A stretch of DNA of 64,000 nucleotides from Nitrospirota bacterium (GTDB taxonomy: Bacteria; Nitrospirota; UBA9217), in NCBI GenBank assembly GCA_963754875.1, contig CAVWHO010000022.1, positions 152,985 through 216,984 on the forward strand, given 5' to 3'. Positions 19,787-29,541 of the stretch are shown in pieces. The notes below the pieces were generated by a model that saw nothing but the letters and a program-made list of their open reading frames with translations, was not told the DNA's origin and ran no database searches. The number at the start of each line of letters is the position of its first letter. Positions within the stretch are counted from its first letter, which is position 1. Position numbers and translations under genes: made by a program.

Positions 19787-20656
19787 TTACTCCAGCGTCC
19801 GCCTTATTTCCTCTGCATCAAGTCCCTGACCGATGATCACAATCCTGCTGTCCTGGATGTCCTTTTCAAAGGGAACGCTTTCCATTTTCCCGTACACGAT
19901 ATCGAATCGATAAGGCCCTTGCTCCGTCCGGACAAGGGCCTTTGCTCTCACCACGGTCCCGTATTTCCCTTGAGCCAGATCTCCCAGCCCTGTCGTAAGG
20001 ACAGCCAGGTCATTGATCCTCTGCGGCCTGATGGTCATTGTACCAAAATGAAGATGCCCATGGCCAACGCCCTTCCCCCGTGCACCAGCAGACACCTCCG
20101 GCAGGGGTTTCTGAATCTCCGCGTTTACTGTGCGAAACAAAACAGCGTGCGGGTTCATGGATTCGATATGATTGATTGTTGCAACGATGGCCGCCTCAGG
20201 TGCCAGGTCCGTCTTGTTTACCAGAACCACATCTGCAAGAGAAACCTGGTCCTCGAAGAAGCTCCCGTACATGCCCGATTCGAGGAGCTCGACAAACTCC
20301 ACGGCGTCGATGATGTTGACAACAGTTGCGGCCCTGATACCCGAACTTTCAAGCGCTTCGAGCACTCCCGAAGGTGACGCCACACCGCTCGGTTCGATCA
20401 CGAGGTGCTCAGGTGCGAATTGACGGATGATCCTCTCGATCGTCGTGATGAGGTCAAACTTGAGTGTGCAGCATACGCAGCCGCTCGGGAGCTCCACAGA
20501 TTCGATGCCGCTTGCGGTAAAGATTTCTCCGTCGATCCCGGCAGCACCGAAATCATTCACCAGAACCACGGTCTTTTCTGATCCATGCTTCACGAAACCC
20601 CTGATGAACGTTGTTTTTCCTGCACCCAAAAGCCCGCATACAACCGTTACTTTCAT
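19787..20656 (-). CDS. COG0523/CobW-family metallochaperone GTPase
   Basis: GLLGAGKTT, NDFG, GCVCC metal motif, IEPSGV, NKTD. Confidence 0.92.
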   Translation of the reverse strand: MKVTVVCGLLGAGKTTFIRGFVKHGSEKTVVLVNDFGAAGIDGEIFTASGIESVELPSGCVCCTLKFDLITTIERIIRQFAPEHLVIEPSGVASPSGVLEALESSGIRAATVVNIIDAVEFVELLESGMYGSFFEDQVSLADVVLVNKTDLAPEAAIVATINHIESMNPHAVLFRTVNAEIQKPLPEVSAGARGKGVGHGHLHFGTMTIRPQRINDLAVLTTGLGDLAQGKYGTVVRAKALVRTEQGPYRFDIVYGKMESVPFEKDIQDSRIVIIGQGLDAEEIRRTLE

Positions 20657-21157
20657 GATTAATCCTTATAAGCAATCCTGCCTGCTCCGGTGAATACTGT
20701 ACGATAAATCTTCTGCAATGACGATGCCATGAATGTCACGCGAACGTGAGACAAAAGACCTCTGCGTTTATTCCTGCTTTGCCACTCAGGAACTGGTCTT
20801 TCCTCGTTGGTGAAACAGGTCAACGTCGCACCAAGGTTATACAAAATAGGATCTAAAAGAACTTCGTTACTTTCGGAAACGTGAGGCAAAATACCTCGCA
20901 CGGTGGGGAATTTTTCATCTACTCTACAATTGCAAATGATATCAATTTACGATTTTAAGAAACAAATCTGAGTATTCAGGCTGCGTCACTGCCCTTTGAG
21001 GCACGCACCAGGGTAATCGGTGTGATTGGAGTTTAAAAGATTGCCCTGCGATTTCGCATAATTGCCGCCTCTTCCTCCACGAGTCTGACGCTCGGTATGC
21101 CGATCTCATGAACCCGACACGTAACATCATGGATGTGGCGGCACACCCGCTTTTTCG

Positions 21158-21173
21158 TGGCACTGCAAATGCA
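21158..21173 (+). promoter_or_regulatory. Putative sigma54 (-24/-12) promoter of the methyltransferase cluster
   Basis: TGGCACTGCAAATGCA: GG-N10-GC spacing with a perfect TGGCAC, directly upstream of the first gene of the cluster. Confidence 0.7.
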
Positions 21174-21188
21174 ACAATACGCACTGTC

Positions 21189-21518
21189 ATGAAAAACATC
21201 CTTCTCTGCTCCTCCAATCCCATCCTGGTCAAGAGCCTCTACAGTATGCTGAGAGACGAAGGGCATGACGTAGAAACCGTGGAACACCCGGCAGTGGCCG
21301 TCCATAAGGTGATGTTCGGCTTGTTTGATCTTGCCATCCTTGACTCAGAACCTTTTGGTCTTTCCACGGAGGATGCAGTGCAAATCATAAAGACCGTGGA
21401 GCCCAACCTGCCGATAGTATATGTCGGGGGCGGCATGAACGATGGCCCGTCCTTGGCCGTCGACGCGCCGGTTGACCTCGAAGAGCTCAAACGAACTATC
21501 CATAGTATCACGGTATGA
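21189..21518 (+). CDS. Stand-alone atypical receiver (REC-like) domain protein
   Basis: REC topology with 'DLAILD', but the acidic pocket is replaced (CSSN) and the conserved Lys is absent (DAPVD). Confidence 0.65.
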   Translation: MKNILLCSSNPILVKSLYSMLRDEGHDVETVEHPAVAVHKVMFGLFDLAILDSEPFGLSTEDAVQIIKTVEPNLPIVYVGGGMNDGPSLAVDAPVDLEELKRTIHSITV

Positions 21519-21588
21519 TCGAACGACGCAAGGCGTGAGACTCTGACGCTTCGTCGGCATGTCTATTCATTTTCGGAGGGGAGATGCT

Positions 21589-22617
21589 ATGAAACCAAAG
21601 GAAGTTATGCTTAAGACATTCGAGGGGGGAAAGTCCGACAGACTCCCGGTGACCCTGTTCGGCGCGGGAATGTGGAGCATCAAAGGCTGGGGCACGTCGT
21701 TTGAGGCGCTTTCAAGGGACGCGGACAAGATGACTTCCATGCTCGTTGACATGAGCGCCAAGCTCCAGTGCGACATCGTGTATCCCGGGTCGGGGTACAA
21801 TAACTTCCATGCCTCGGCACTCGGCGGCAAGATAAAATTTCGCGAAGTCGGCGCGCCGGACCTGGAGAACCATTTCGTGTCCACGGAAGAGGACCTTGCA
21901 AAACTCAACCTCGCGAACCTCGATGCCGATGAGACCATCAATACCGTGAAAAAGGCGTTGCGCCAAACGAAGGCAAAGATCGGTGACACCTATGTGGTGA
22001 CCATGACCGCCTGGGGGCCCTTCACCCTCGGCGCGAGGCTTGTGGGAGAAGAGACCATGATGAAGGCCACGTTCAAGAAACCAGCCTTTGTCGAGAAGGT
22101 CGTAGACTTCGCTACGAATCTCCTGATCCATCTCTACGAACCGATTGTCGCAGACAAAACGCTCGAGGTGATCAGCCTCGCGGACCCCACGGCATCGGGC
22201 GACCTCATTTCCAGAAAGCAATTCGAAAAGTTCGCCGTACCCTATCTGAAAAAATTTACCGATTGGGCAAAATCCAAAGGCGTGCATACGCTGGTCCACA
22301 TCTGCGGAAATACGACCGACCGGCTGGACCTGTTCCCGCTGACCGGGGCCTCCTGCATCAGCCTGGACCACAAGACGGACATGGCAAAGGCGAAGGAAAC
22401 GCTCCACGGCAAGATGTGCTTCGGCGGGAACGTGGACCCCGTGAAGATCATGCTGAACGGCACGGTGCAGGACGTGGAGAATGCCTGCAAGGACGTGATC
22501 AAGACTGCGGGCACGGACGGGGGATTCGTGCTCATGCCGGGCTGCGACATCCCGCCGACCGTTCCCTACGACAACATCAAGAAGTTCATCCAGGTGGCGC
22601 ACGAGTGGAAAATGTAA
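21589..22617 (+). CDS. MtaA/CmuA-like (URO-D family) Zn-dependent methylcobamide:thiol methyltransferase 1
   Basis: WGPFTL, ADPTASGDLIS, Zn motif HICG...PGCD, GNVDP. Confidence 0.85.
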   Translation: MKPKEVMLKTFEGGKSDRLPVTLFGAGMWSIKGWGTSFEALSRDADKMTSMLVDMSAKLQCDIVYPGSGYNNFHASALGGKIKFREVGAPDLENHFVSTEEDLAKLNLANLDADETINTVKKALRQTKAKIGDTYVVTMTAWGPFTLGARLVGEETMMKATFKKPAFVEKVVDFATNLLIHLYEPIVADKTLEVISLADPTASGDLISRKQFEKFAVPYLKKFTDWAKSKGVHTLVHICGNTTDRLDLFPLTGASCISLDHKTDMAKAKETLHGKMCFGGNVDPVKIMLNGTVQDVENACKDVIKTAGTDGGFVLMPGCDIPPTVPYDNIKKFIQVAHEWKM

Positions 22618-22727
22618 ACGACAGCATCGGCAACCACGGGTCGAGGTCGCCTGTGGTTAATTGCTTTTTCATCACTTCACAAAAAAGGAGGTGAAACTGC
22701 TCAATTCTCAAAAAAGGAGGTCGATGA

Positions 22728-23246
22728 ATGGGTATTTTGGACGAGTTGAAGAAACTGTTTTCCGGAGCACAGAGTGCATCCGGGCATAAGGAGGAAGTAA
22801 AAATGGCTGACAAGAAAATGTCGTTGGAAGAAGTAAATGAGTACATGAAGAAGCAGTGCGGCTTCGTACCGCGCATGTTCCAGATCATCAACACCGTGAC
22901 GCCGGAGCCGGGCAGGACGTTCGCCGATTTTTATGCGAGCATCTTCGCTGACGGAGCCCTTTCCCGCAAGATAAAAGAGCTGATGTTCATGTCCGGCGGT
23001 GTGGCCTACTGCTCGCCGCGGTGCATCATCCACGTGATCCCGGCCATCAATGCCGGCGCGACCACGGGCGAGATCTTCGAAGCAGCTTCGGTCGGCATGA
23101 TCCTCGGGGGCTTTGTGCCCGGCGGACCCGGCATCCCCTATGCCTTCGAGTATGCCCTCAAGTGCCTCGACATCGAAGCGAAGTTCCGCAAGGGCGAGAA
23201 GTGGGAGTACCTGCCTCAGCCCAAGTTCGATCATGGTGTATTTTAA
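22728..23246 (+). CDS. Carboxymuconolactone decarboxylase/AhpD-like protein
   Basis: GFVP, 'DGALSRKIKELM', 'CSPRCIIH', 'AINAGATTGEIFEA'. Confidence 0.85.
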   Translation: MGILDELKKLFSGAQSASGHKEEVKMADKKMSLEEVNEYMKKQCGFVPRMFQIINTVTPEPGRTFADFYASIFADGALSRKIKELMFMSGGVAYCSPRCIIHVIPAINAGATTGEIFEAASVGMILGGFVPGGPGIPYAFEYALKCLDIEAKFRKGEKWEYLPQPKFDHGVF

Positions 23247-23256
23247 GTGTACTTCG

Positions 23257-23289
23257 ACGGGGGAGCGTTTCGAAGGCTCCCCCGTTTTT
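23257..23289 (+). terminator. Intrinsic terminator-like hairpin inside the cluster
   Basis: acgggggagc/gctcccccgt stem followed by a T-run. Confidence 0.65.
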
Positions 23290-23361
23290 CGCACTCATAC
23301 GATTATCATAAGAAAAGCCGCTCTCTATAGATGTTGAATATTACTTCCGAATAAAAAGGGG

Positions 23362-24315
23362 ATGGGGATGTTTCGATTTAAAAAAGACCAACAGGTATTT
23401 ACTCTCGGCAACATGAAAGTGGGCGGCCAGCCCGGAGAAAATCCGCCGCTCCTGATCGCGTCTATGTTTCACAATAAGGACCGGATCGTCACGGACCGCA
23501 AAGGCAATTTCGACCGTAAGAAGGCCACGGAGATGATCAGGACCCAGGAAGCGCTGTCCGCCTCCACGGGGATTCCGGCCATGGTCGCCATGGTAGCGAA
23601 CTCGGCGGAAGAGGCCAAGATCTATATCGATTTTTACCGCGAAACGACAACAATGCCCTTCGGCATCGACATGTGGGTCGCAGAAAAACGGGCTGAGGCA
23701 ACGGAGTATGTGGCCAAGCTCGGACTCCAGGACAAGTTCCTGTACAACAGCATCACGCCCTGGGACAAGGACATCAAGGGACAGGTCCGGAAGCTGAAGG
23801 ACCTCGGCATCAAGCATGTCGTGGTGCAGGCCTTCGACGACCAGGACCAGTCGCCTGCGGGCCGTCTTAAGTCGCTCGAGAGCATCCTTTCCCAGGGGGC
23901 CGACGGCTTCGAGACCGTCATCGTTGACACATCGGTCATGAACCTGCCTGCAACGTCGTTCTCCCTCGTCGCGAACAGGTTGATCAAGGAGAAACTCGGC
24001 CTGCCCTGCGGCGGCGCCTACTCGAACGGCACCCACATGTGGAAAGAGGCGAAGACCATCTGGAGCCTCGACGGGTTCAAGGCCATGGATGCTGTGGTCC
24101 AGGGCATGGCCTCGGCCATCTGGAGCGATTTCAATTTTTATGGCCCCATCGTTACGGCGCCGCGGATCTTCCCTGCAGTGGCAGCAGCGCAAGTCCTGCT
24201 TTCCACGCTGGTGTATGACGAAACGAAGAAAATATCGGACAACGCAAACATACCGATCAAGAAATACTTTTCGGATTTTATAGGAAAACTGACCTCGGGA
24301 GCAGCGAGGAAGTAG
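23362..24315 (+). CDS. MtrH/MtgA-like methylcorrinoid:pterin (H4F/H4MPT) methyltransferase
   Basis: N-terminus MFRFKKDQQVF...VGGQPGENP matches MtrH; YNSI, LPCGGAYSN, DFNFYGPI; no other Mtr subunits nearby. Confidence 0.88.
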   Translation: MGMFRFKKDQQVFTLGNMKVGGQPGENPPLLIASMFHNKDRIVTDRKGNFDRKKATEMIRTQEALSASTGIPAMVAMVANSAEEAKIYIDFYRETTTMPFGIDMWVAEKRAEATEYVAKLGLQDKFLYNSITPWDKDIKGQVRKLKDLGIKHVVVQAFDDQDQSPAGRLKSLESILSQGADGFETVIVDTSVMNLPATSFSLVANRLIKEKLGLPCGGAYSNGTHMWKEAKTIWSLDGFKAMDAVVQGMASAIWSDFNFYGPIVTAPRIFPAVAAAQVLLSTLVYDETKKISDNANIPIKKYFSDFIGKLTSGAARK

Positions 24316-24451
24316 AAAAAGTACAATTTTGACGAACTACGGGGCCGCTTCGCGTCCCTACGGTTATACCATCATTCGTACCACGAATTACCGTGTTTAT
24401 CTGTGTGTCTCGACAAAGTCGAGACCCCTGGTTATATTTTAAGGAGGATGA

Positions 24452-25480
24452 ATGACAACATTGAATGCAAGAGAGCGAGTGCTGAAGCTTTTTGCCGGAG
24501 AGGAAGTGGACAGGCCGCCCTGCTTCAGCGGTATGGGCAACGTAACCACGGAGGGGTTGAAATCACTCGGGCAAAAATTTGCCGCAACACACCTCGACGC
24601 AAGGATGATGGCCGCTGCTGCGGTCTCAACATACAAACTGTTCGGCTTCGAGTCCGCGGTCGCGCCTTTTGACCTCTGCATCGAGGCCGAGGCCATGGGG
24701 TGCGAGATCAACGTCTACGCCCACTCCGAAGACCTCCTGTACCCCACGATCAAAACGAAGCTGATCCACAACGAAGCAGAGATGGACATCGCCCTTCCGT
24801 CCGATCTCACGACCCGCGGCAGGGTGCCGCTTATGGTCGAAGCAATCAAGCTGATGAAGAAGGACGTCGGCAGCGAAACTGCCATCGGCTCCTACGTGCT
24901 CGGGCCCTTCACGCTCGCCGGCCAGGTCATGGAGCTGAACGACCTGCTGAAGCTTTCCTTCAAGAAGCCGGACAAGGTGAGCAAGCTCCTCGACCAGTTG
25001 ACCGACGTGATCATCCAGGTCGCAGGACAGTACGAAAAGGCCGGCGTGGACTTCATCACGGTGAGGGAAATGGGAGCAACGTCGGACGTACTCTCCCCGC
25101 GCGTGTTCAAGACCCTCATCCTGCCTTATCTCAAGAAGATCTTCGAGAAGATCACTGTCCCCAGCGTCATCCATATCTGCGGCAAGACGAACGACATCGT
25201 CCCCTTTATGGCGGAGAGCGGGGCGAAGGCCATCAGCGTGGACCAGAAGAACGACGTAGCCGAAACGCGCAAAAAGCTCGGCCCCAAGGCGCTCGTCTTC
25301 GGGAACTATGATCCCTACAATGTGCTGGTCTCGGGCACGCCGGACCTCATACGCCAGACGATCAAGAAATGCATGGACGACGGCGTCAGCGCGGTCTGGC
25401 CGGGGTGCGATATCTGGCCCACCGTGCCTGCCGAAAATTTCAAGACGATGATGGATGAAGTCAGAAAGTACAGGAGGTAA
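24452..25480 (+). CDS. MtaA/CmuA-like (URO-D family) methyltransferase 2
   Basis: PFDLCIEAEAMG, LGPFTLAG, Zn motif HICG...PGCD. Confidence 0.88.
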   Translation: MTTLNARERVLKLFAGEEVDRPPCFSGMGNVTTEGLKSLGQKFAATHLDARMMAAAAVSTYKLFGFESAVAPFDLCIEAEAMGCEINVYAHSEDLLYPTIKTKLIHNEAEMDIALPSDLTTRGRVPLMVEAIKLMKKDVGSETAIGSYVLGPFTLAGQVMELNDLLKLSFKKPDKVSKLLDQLTDVIIQVAGQYEKAGVDFITVREMGATSDVLSPRVFKTLILPYLKKIFEKITVPSVIHICGKTNDIVPFMAESGAKAISVDQKNDVAETRKKLGPKALVFGNYDPYNVLVSGTPDLIRQTIKKCMDDGVSAVWPGCDIWPTVPAENFKTMMDEVRKYRR

Positions 25481-25483
25481 TCC

Positions 25484-26176
25484 ATGGCAACGGAAGAGAA
25501 GAAAAAAGAGTTGTTGGAAAAACTGCGGAACGCCGTGATCCAGTACGACGAGGACACGGCAAAAGAGGCTGCCAACGAAGCGCTCGCCGTCGGCTTGGAA
25601 GCGAACGACGCCATCTTCAACGGCCTCGTCTCCGGCATGGTGGAAGTGGGCCGCATGTTCGAGGCCCAGGAGTACTTCGTGCCCGAGCTCTTGATGTGCG
25701 CCGACGCGCTCTATGCGGGCCTGGACATCCTGAAGCCGCATGTGACGCAGCTGGACCTCGGGGTCAAAGGCTCGGTGGTGATCGGGACCGTGGAAGGCGA
25801 CGTGCACGACATAGGCAAGAACATCGTGAAGATGATGTTCGACGTTGCCGGCTTTACGGTCTATGACCTGGGCCGCGACGTGCCGCTGGACAAGTTCGTG
25901 CAGGAGCAGCTCAGGACCGATTCCGACCTGGTCTGCCTTTCGGCCATGATGACCACGACCATGACGGGCATGAAGAAAGTGATCGACGACCTTCGGACCA
26001 AGAACCCCAATGTCAAGATCATGATCGGCGGCGCGCCCGTGTCCCAGGACGTTGCCGAAAAGTACGGGGCCGACGGCTATGCCAAGGACGCTACCAACGC
26101 CCTGAAGGACGCCATCAATATGGTCGCTTCGCTCAAGAAGATGAAAGATGAGGTAGAAGCAAAGAAGGCGAAATGA
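25484..26176 (+). CDS. Methyltransferase cognate corrinoid protein (MtaC/MtbC-like)
   Basis: B12-binding DxHxxG (EGDVHDIGKN), LGRDVP, SAMMTTT, IGGAP; N-terminal cap 'EYFVPEL'. Confidence 0.95.
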   Translation: MATEEKKKELLEKLRNAVIQYDEDTAKEAANEALAVGLEANDAIFNGLVSGMVEVGRMFEAQEYFVPELLMCADALYAGLDILKPHVTQLDLGVKGSVVIGTVEGDVHDIGKNIVKMMFDVAGFTVYDLGRDVPLDKFVQEQLRTDSDLVCLSAMMTTTMTGMKKVIDDLRTKNPNVKIMIGGAPVSQDVAEKYGADGYAKDATNALKDAINMVASLKKMKDEVEAKKAK

Positions 26177-26832
26177 AGACCGTGCTCAGACACGAGCTGC
26201 TGGGGCTGGGCGCCAGGGTCGTCGGGGTCGCCGGGCTCCGGGGGCATATGAGCGGCGAGCTCGCGCACCTGGACGTTGCCGTGTCTATCGGCCTGGACCG
26301 GCGGCTGAACGAGGACACGTTGAGCCACCTCATGAAGCTTCAGAAGCGCGCGGTCCGGTTTCTGAAGACCCGGGGCCATCGCACGCTGGCCATCCCGCCG
26401 GACTCGGACCGGATCAAAGGCACCTTCATTTCGAAGCTCTACTCGCTCTTTAATCACAAAATGGCGGCGACTACCGCGGGGTTGGGATGGATCGGAAAAA
26501 ACGGACTCCTGATCAGCCCGGACTACGGCCCCCGGCTTTCTCTGGTCACCGTGCTGACCGACGCGCCGCTCGAACCGGACCGGCCCATGGAACACAGCTT
26601 GTGTGGCGATTGTACGCTCTGCGTGCAGTACTGCCCGTCGCAGGCGATCACCGGAGCGGAGTGGTCGCGCTCCTCGCCCTTTGTGGAACTGGTCCGGCTC
26701 GATGCCTGCAGGAGCCACAAGGAGACCAAACGGTTGACGGAAGGAAAGCCCAATTGCGGGCTGTGCATCAACATCTGCCCCTATGGAAGACAAGAGACGA
26801 ATGCGGAGTGCGGAATGGAGGGTGCGGAATAA
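26173..26832 (+). CDS. QueG/reductive-dehalogenase-like 2x[4Fe-4S] protein
   Basis: HKMAATTAGLGWIGKNGLLISPDYGPR, CGDCTLCVQYCP, CGLCINICP. Confidence 0.8.
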   Translation: MKTVLRHELLGLGARVVGVAGLRGHMSGELAHLDVAVSIGLDRRLNEDTLSHLMKLQKRAVRFLKTRGHRTLAIPPDSDRIKGTFISKLYSLFNHKMAATTAGLGWIGKNGLLISPDYGPRLSLVTVLTDAPLEPDRPMEHSLCGDCTLCVQYCPSQAITGAEWSRSSPFVELVRLDACRSHKETKRLTEGKPNCGLCINICPYGRQETNAECGMEGAE

Positions 26833-26920
26833 CAACCGTCCTTCCCGCAGAGTGCCTCTTGTTTCACCGTGTTCATCCGTGGTTACAATGTTTTGATTCA
26901 TCTTTATCAGGAGGAAGTGA

Positions 26921-28903
26921 ATGATTAAGAAACACAAAGTTATATTCCAGCCCTCGGGCAGGCGCGGCGAGATCGAGGACGGTAAGACCATCCTCGAGGC
27001 GGCCCAGGCCATGGGCGTCGACATCGAAGGGCTTTGCGGCAACAAGAAGGTCTGCGGCAAGTGCAAGGTGCGGGTCGAAGAAGGCTACTTCGAGAAGGAC
27101 AACATCGACTCGGGCATGGCCCACCTCTCGCCGATCACCGAAGCGGAGAAAAAGCACATCAAACCCGAGGACGGGCCCGGCATCCGTCTGTCCTGCACGG
27201 CAGAGGTCCACGGCGACATCAAGGTATTCGTACCCGAGCGGTCGCGTGCGGGCAAGCAGGTGGTGCGCAAGGCCGCCAAAGAGCTCACGATCAAGCTCGA
27301 CCCGGCCGTGAAAAAATATAATGTCGCGCTCGAAAAGCCCTCTTTGCATGATATGACGACCGGAGACTGGGAGCGTGTGCTCAAGTCCCTGGAAGACAAC
27401 TACGGACTGAAGGGGCTCACCTTCGATTATCTGGTCCTGAAGGACCTCCAGGACATCCTGCGGAAGGGCGAATGGAATGCGACCGCCACGGTCTGGATGG
27501 ACAAAGAGATCATCAAGATGGAGCCGGGGTTCGTTGAACTGAGCTATGGTCTTGCCGTGGACGTCGGGACCACGACCTGCGTAGGCTATCTGACGGACTT
27601 GAACACGGGCGCGGTGGTGAACACCGAGTCCATGATGAATCCCCAGGTGCCCTACGGCGAGGACGTGATGTCGCGCATCACCTACGCTATGAGCAATCCC
27701 GGCGTGGGTCTCGATACCATGCAGAAGGCGATCATCCAGGGCCTGAACGAGATCATCGAGCGAGTGGTGAGCGAGATCCGGAAGGACGGACCGAACCCGG
27801 GCCATGTCATCGACGATCTGACGATCGTGTTCAACACGGCCATGCACCACATCTTCCTGGGCCTGAACCCCGAGTATATCGGCCGTTCACCCTTCATTCC
27901 CGCGGTGCAGAGCTCGCTCGATATCAAGGCGCGCGACCTGGGGCTTCGGATCAACCCCGCTTCCTACATCCACGTGCTGCCCATCGAAGCGGGCTTCGTG
28001 GGCGCCGACAACGTGGGCGTGCTGATCGCCGAGGAACCGTACAACCAGGACGAGATGGTCCTGATCATCGACATCGGAACGAACGGCGAACTGCTCATGG
28101 GCAACCGGAACAAGGTCTGCTCCACGTCCTGCGCTACCGGACCTGCCTTCGAAGGCGCCCAGATCAAGTTCGGCATGCGCGCCGCTCCCGGCGCCATCGA
28201 GACGGTGGAGATCGATCCGGCGACGAAGGAACCGCGGTACAAGGTCATCGGTAAGGCGGACTGGCATACTCATATCGAAAAGGTGAACGCAAAGGGCCTG
28301 TGCGGATCAGGCATCATCGGCGTTGTCGCCGAGATGTTCAAGGCGGGCGTCATCGACAAGAGCGGAAGGTTCGTCATGGACCTGGGCACCAACCGGGTGC
28401 GCAAGGATGCTGACGGCAAGCCCGAGTATGTCCTTGCCTGGGCGTCGGAGACCTCCATCGGCCAGGACATCACCATCACCCAAGGAGACGTGCGGGCGCT
28501 CCAGCTCGCCAAGGGGGCGCTCTACGCAGGCGCAAAACTGATGATGAAGAGGCTCGGCATTACCAAGCTCGACCGCGTGATCCTGGCAGGCGCTTTCGGA
28601 AGCCACATCGACAAGGTGGCCTCGCTCACGCTCGGCATGTTCCCGGACTGCCCCATCGACATGGTCTACGCCGTGGGCAATGCTGCCGGTGACGGCTCCC
28701 GCATGGCCCTTTTGAACAGGGACAAGCGTCGCGAAGCGAACGAACGCGCGCGATGGGTGGAGTTCGTCGAGATCGCGACAGACCCGGCGTTTGAAAAAGA
28801 ATTCATGCAGGCGATGCATATCCCGCACATGAAGGACAAGTTCCCGAACCTGAAAGCGCTGCTCGAAAAGTCGTCGAAGAGCTTGGTTGAGATAAAGGCA
28901 TAA
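26921..28903 (+). CDS. ATP-dependent reductive activator of corrinoid proteins (RACo/RamA-like; 2Fe-2S + ASKHA)
   Basis: N-terminal CGNKKVCGKC...RLSC ferredoxin; DVGTTT, YGEDVMSRI, DIGTNGE, GPAFEG, LAGAFG. Confidence 0.93.
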   Translation: MIKKHKVIFQPSGRRGEIEDGKTILEAAQAMGVDIEGLCGNKKVCGKCKVRVEEGYFEKDNIDSGMAHLSPITEAEKKHIKPEDGPGIRLSCTAEVHGDIKVFVPERSRAGKQVVRKAAKELTIKLDPAVKKYNVALEKPSLHDMTTGDWERVLKSLEDNYGLKGLTFDYLVLKDLQDILRKGEWNATATVWMDKEIIKMEPGFVELSYGLAVDVGTTTCVGYLTDLNTGAVVNTESMMNPQVPYGEDVMSRITYAMSNPGVGLDTMQKAIIQGLNEIIERVVSEIRKDGPNPGHVIDDLTIVFNTAMHHIFLGLNPEYIGRSPFIPAVQSSLDIKARDLGLRINPASYIHVLPIEAGFVGADNVGVLIAEEPYNQDEMVLIIDIGTNGELLMGNRNKVCSTSCATGPAFEGAQIKFGMRAAPGAIETVEIDPATKEPRYKVIGKADWHTHIEKVNAKGLCGSGIIGVVAEMFKAGVIDKSGRFVMDLGTNRVRKDADGKPEYVLAWASETSIGQDITITQGDVRALQLAKGALYAGAKLMMKRLGITKLDRVILAGAFGSHIDKVASLTLGMFPDCPIDMVYAVGNAAGDGSRMALLNRDKRREANERARWVEFVEIATDPAFEKEFMQAMHIPHMKDKFPNLKALLEKSSKSLVEIKA

Positions 28904-29085
28904 AAGAGTACAACATCCACCACAGAGACACTCCCTGTGACCTCTGTGGTGCATTGCTATGGTTTGGAATTATCACCGAAGATCTCTCCTTGGTGATAAT
29001 GGGTTGCAGGGGCAGGAAGGCTAAGACTTTCCCCGGGCCTTCCTGCCTCTTCTTCCTTGCTCAATGCCAAGAAGGAAAAACGGTT

Positions 29086-29403
29086 ATGACAAAGCTCATC
29101 ATACACTCAGGGGCATGCGGGTATACGGTCACGGTCAAAGCGGAAAAAGGCCAGGGCGGCAAAATAACCATCTCTCTGGAAACCGAATGCGAAATGGTAA
29201 AAAAAATGCTCGCTGACATCGCTGTCCTTGACCGGTTCGCACCGCTCGCCGGTTTCCTGAGCAATCCGGTGTACCTGTCCGCGGCAAAGCACCTGAAGCA
29301 CGGGGCCTGTCTTGTGCCTTCCGGTATCCTGAAGGCTATCGAAGTCGAGGCGGGCCTGAACGTTCCGAAGGACGCGGTGATCGAATTCGGAAAAGAGAGG
29401 TAA
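29086..29403 (+). CDS. Small Cys/His-containing conserved protein (DUF6951-like)
   Basis: 'GACG', 'ETEC', 'HGACLVPSGILKAIEVEAGL' pattern typical of small proteins from anaerobe gene clusters. Confidence 0.6.
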   Translation: MTKLIIHSGACGYTVTVKAEKGQGGKITISLETECEMVKKMLADIAVLDRFAPLAGFLSNPVYLSAAKHLKHGACLVPSGILKAIEVEAGLNVPKDAVIEFGKER

Positions 29404-29541
29404 GCGAAAAATCCTGGCTCCTTCGGCTGGTTGTGGATATTGCCGTTCTCCTGGTTATCGCACGCAGGCAGTGGGGATGTTTGCGTATCGGTTATCTCCC
29501 CGATATGGTACAATAGGAAAAAAGCCAGACAACCGGAACGC

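Noticed and set aside
20660..21150. Cobalamin riboswitch ahead of the corrinoid cluster
   Set aside because: No recognisable B12-box or GGGAA..CGGTG.AA.TCCG core on either strand
21589..25480. Calling the URO-D-family ORFs hemE
   Set aside because: Both carry the MtaA Zn motif HxC...GC and flank a corrinoid protein; they lack the HemE RQAGR motif
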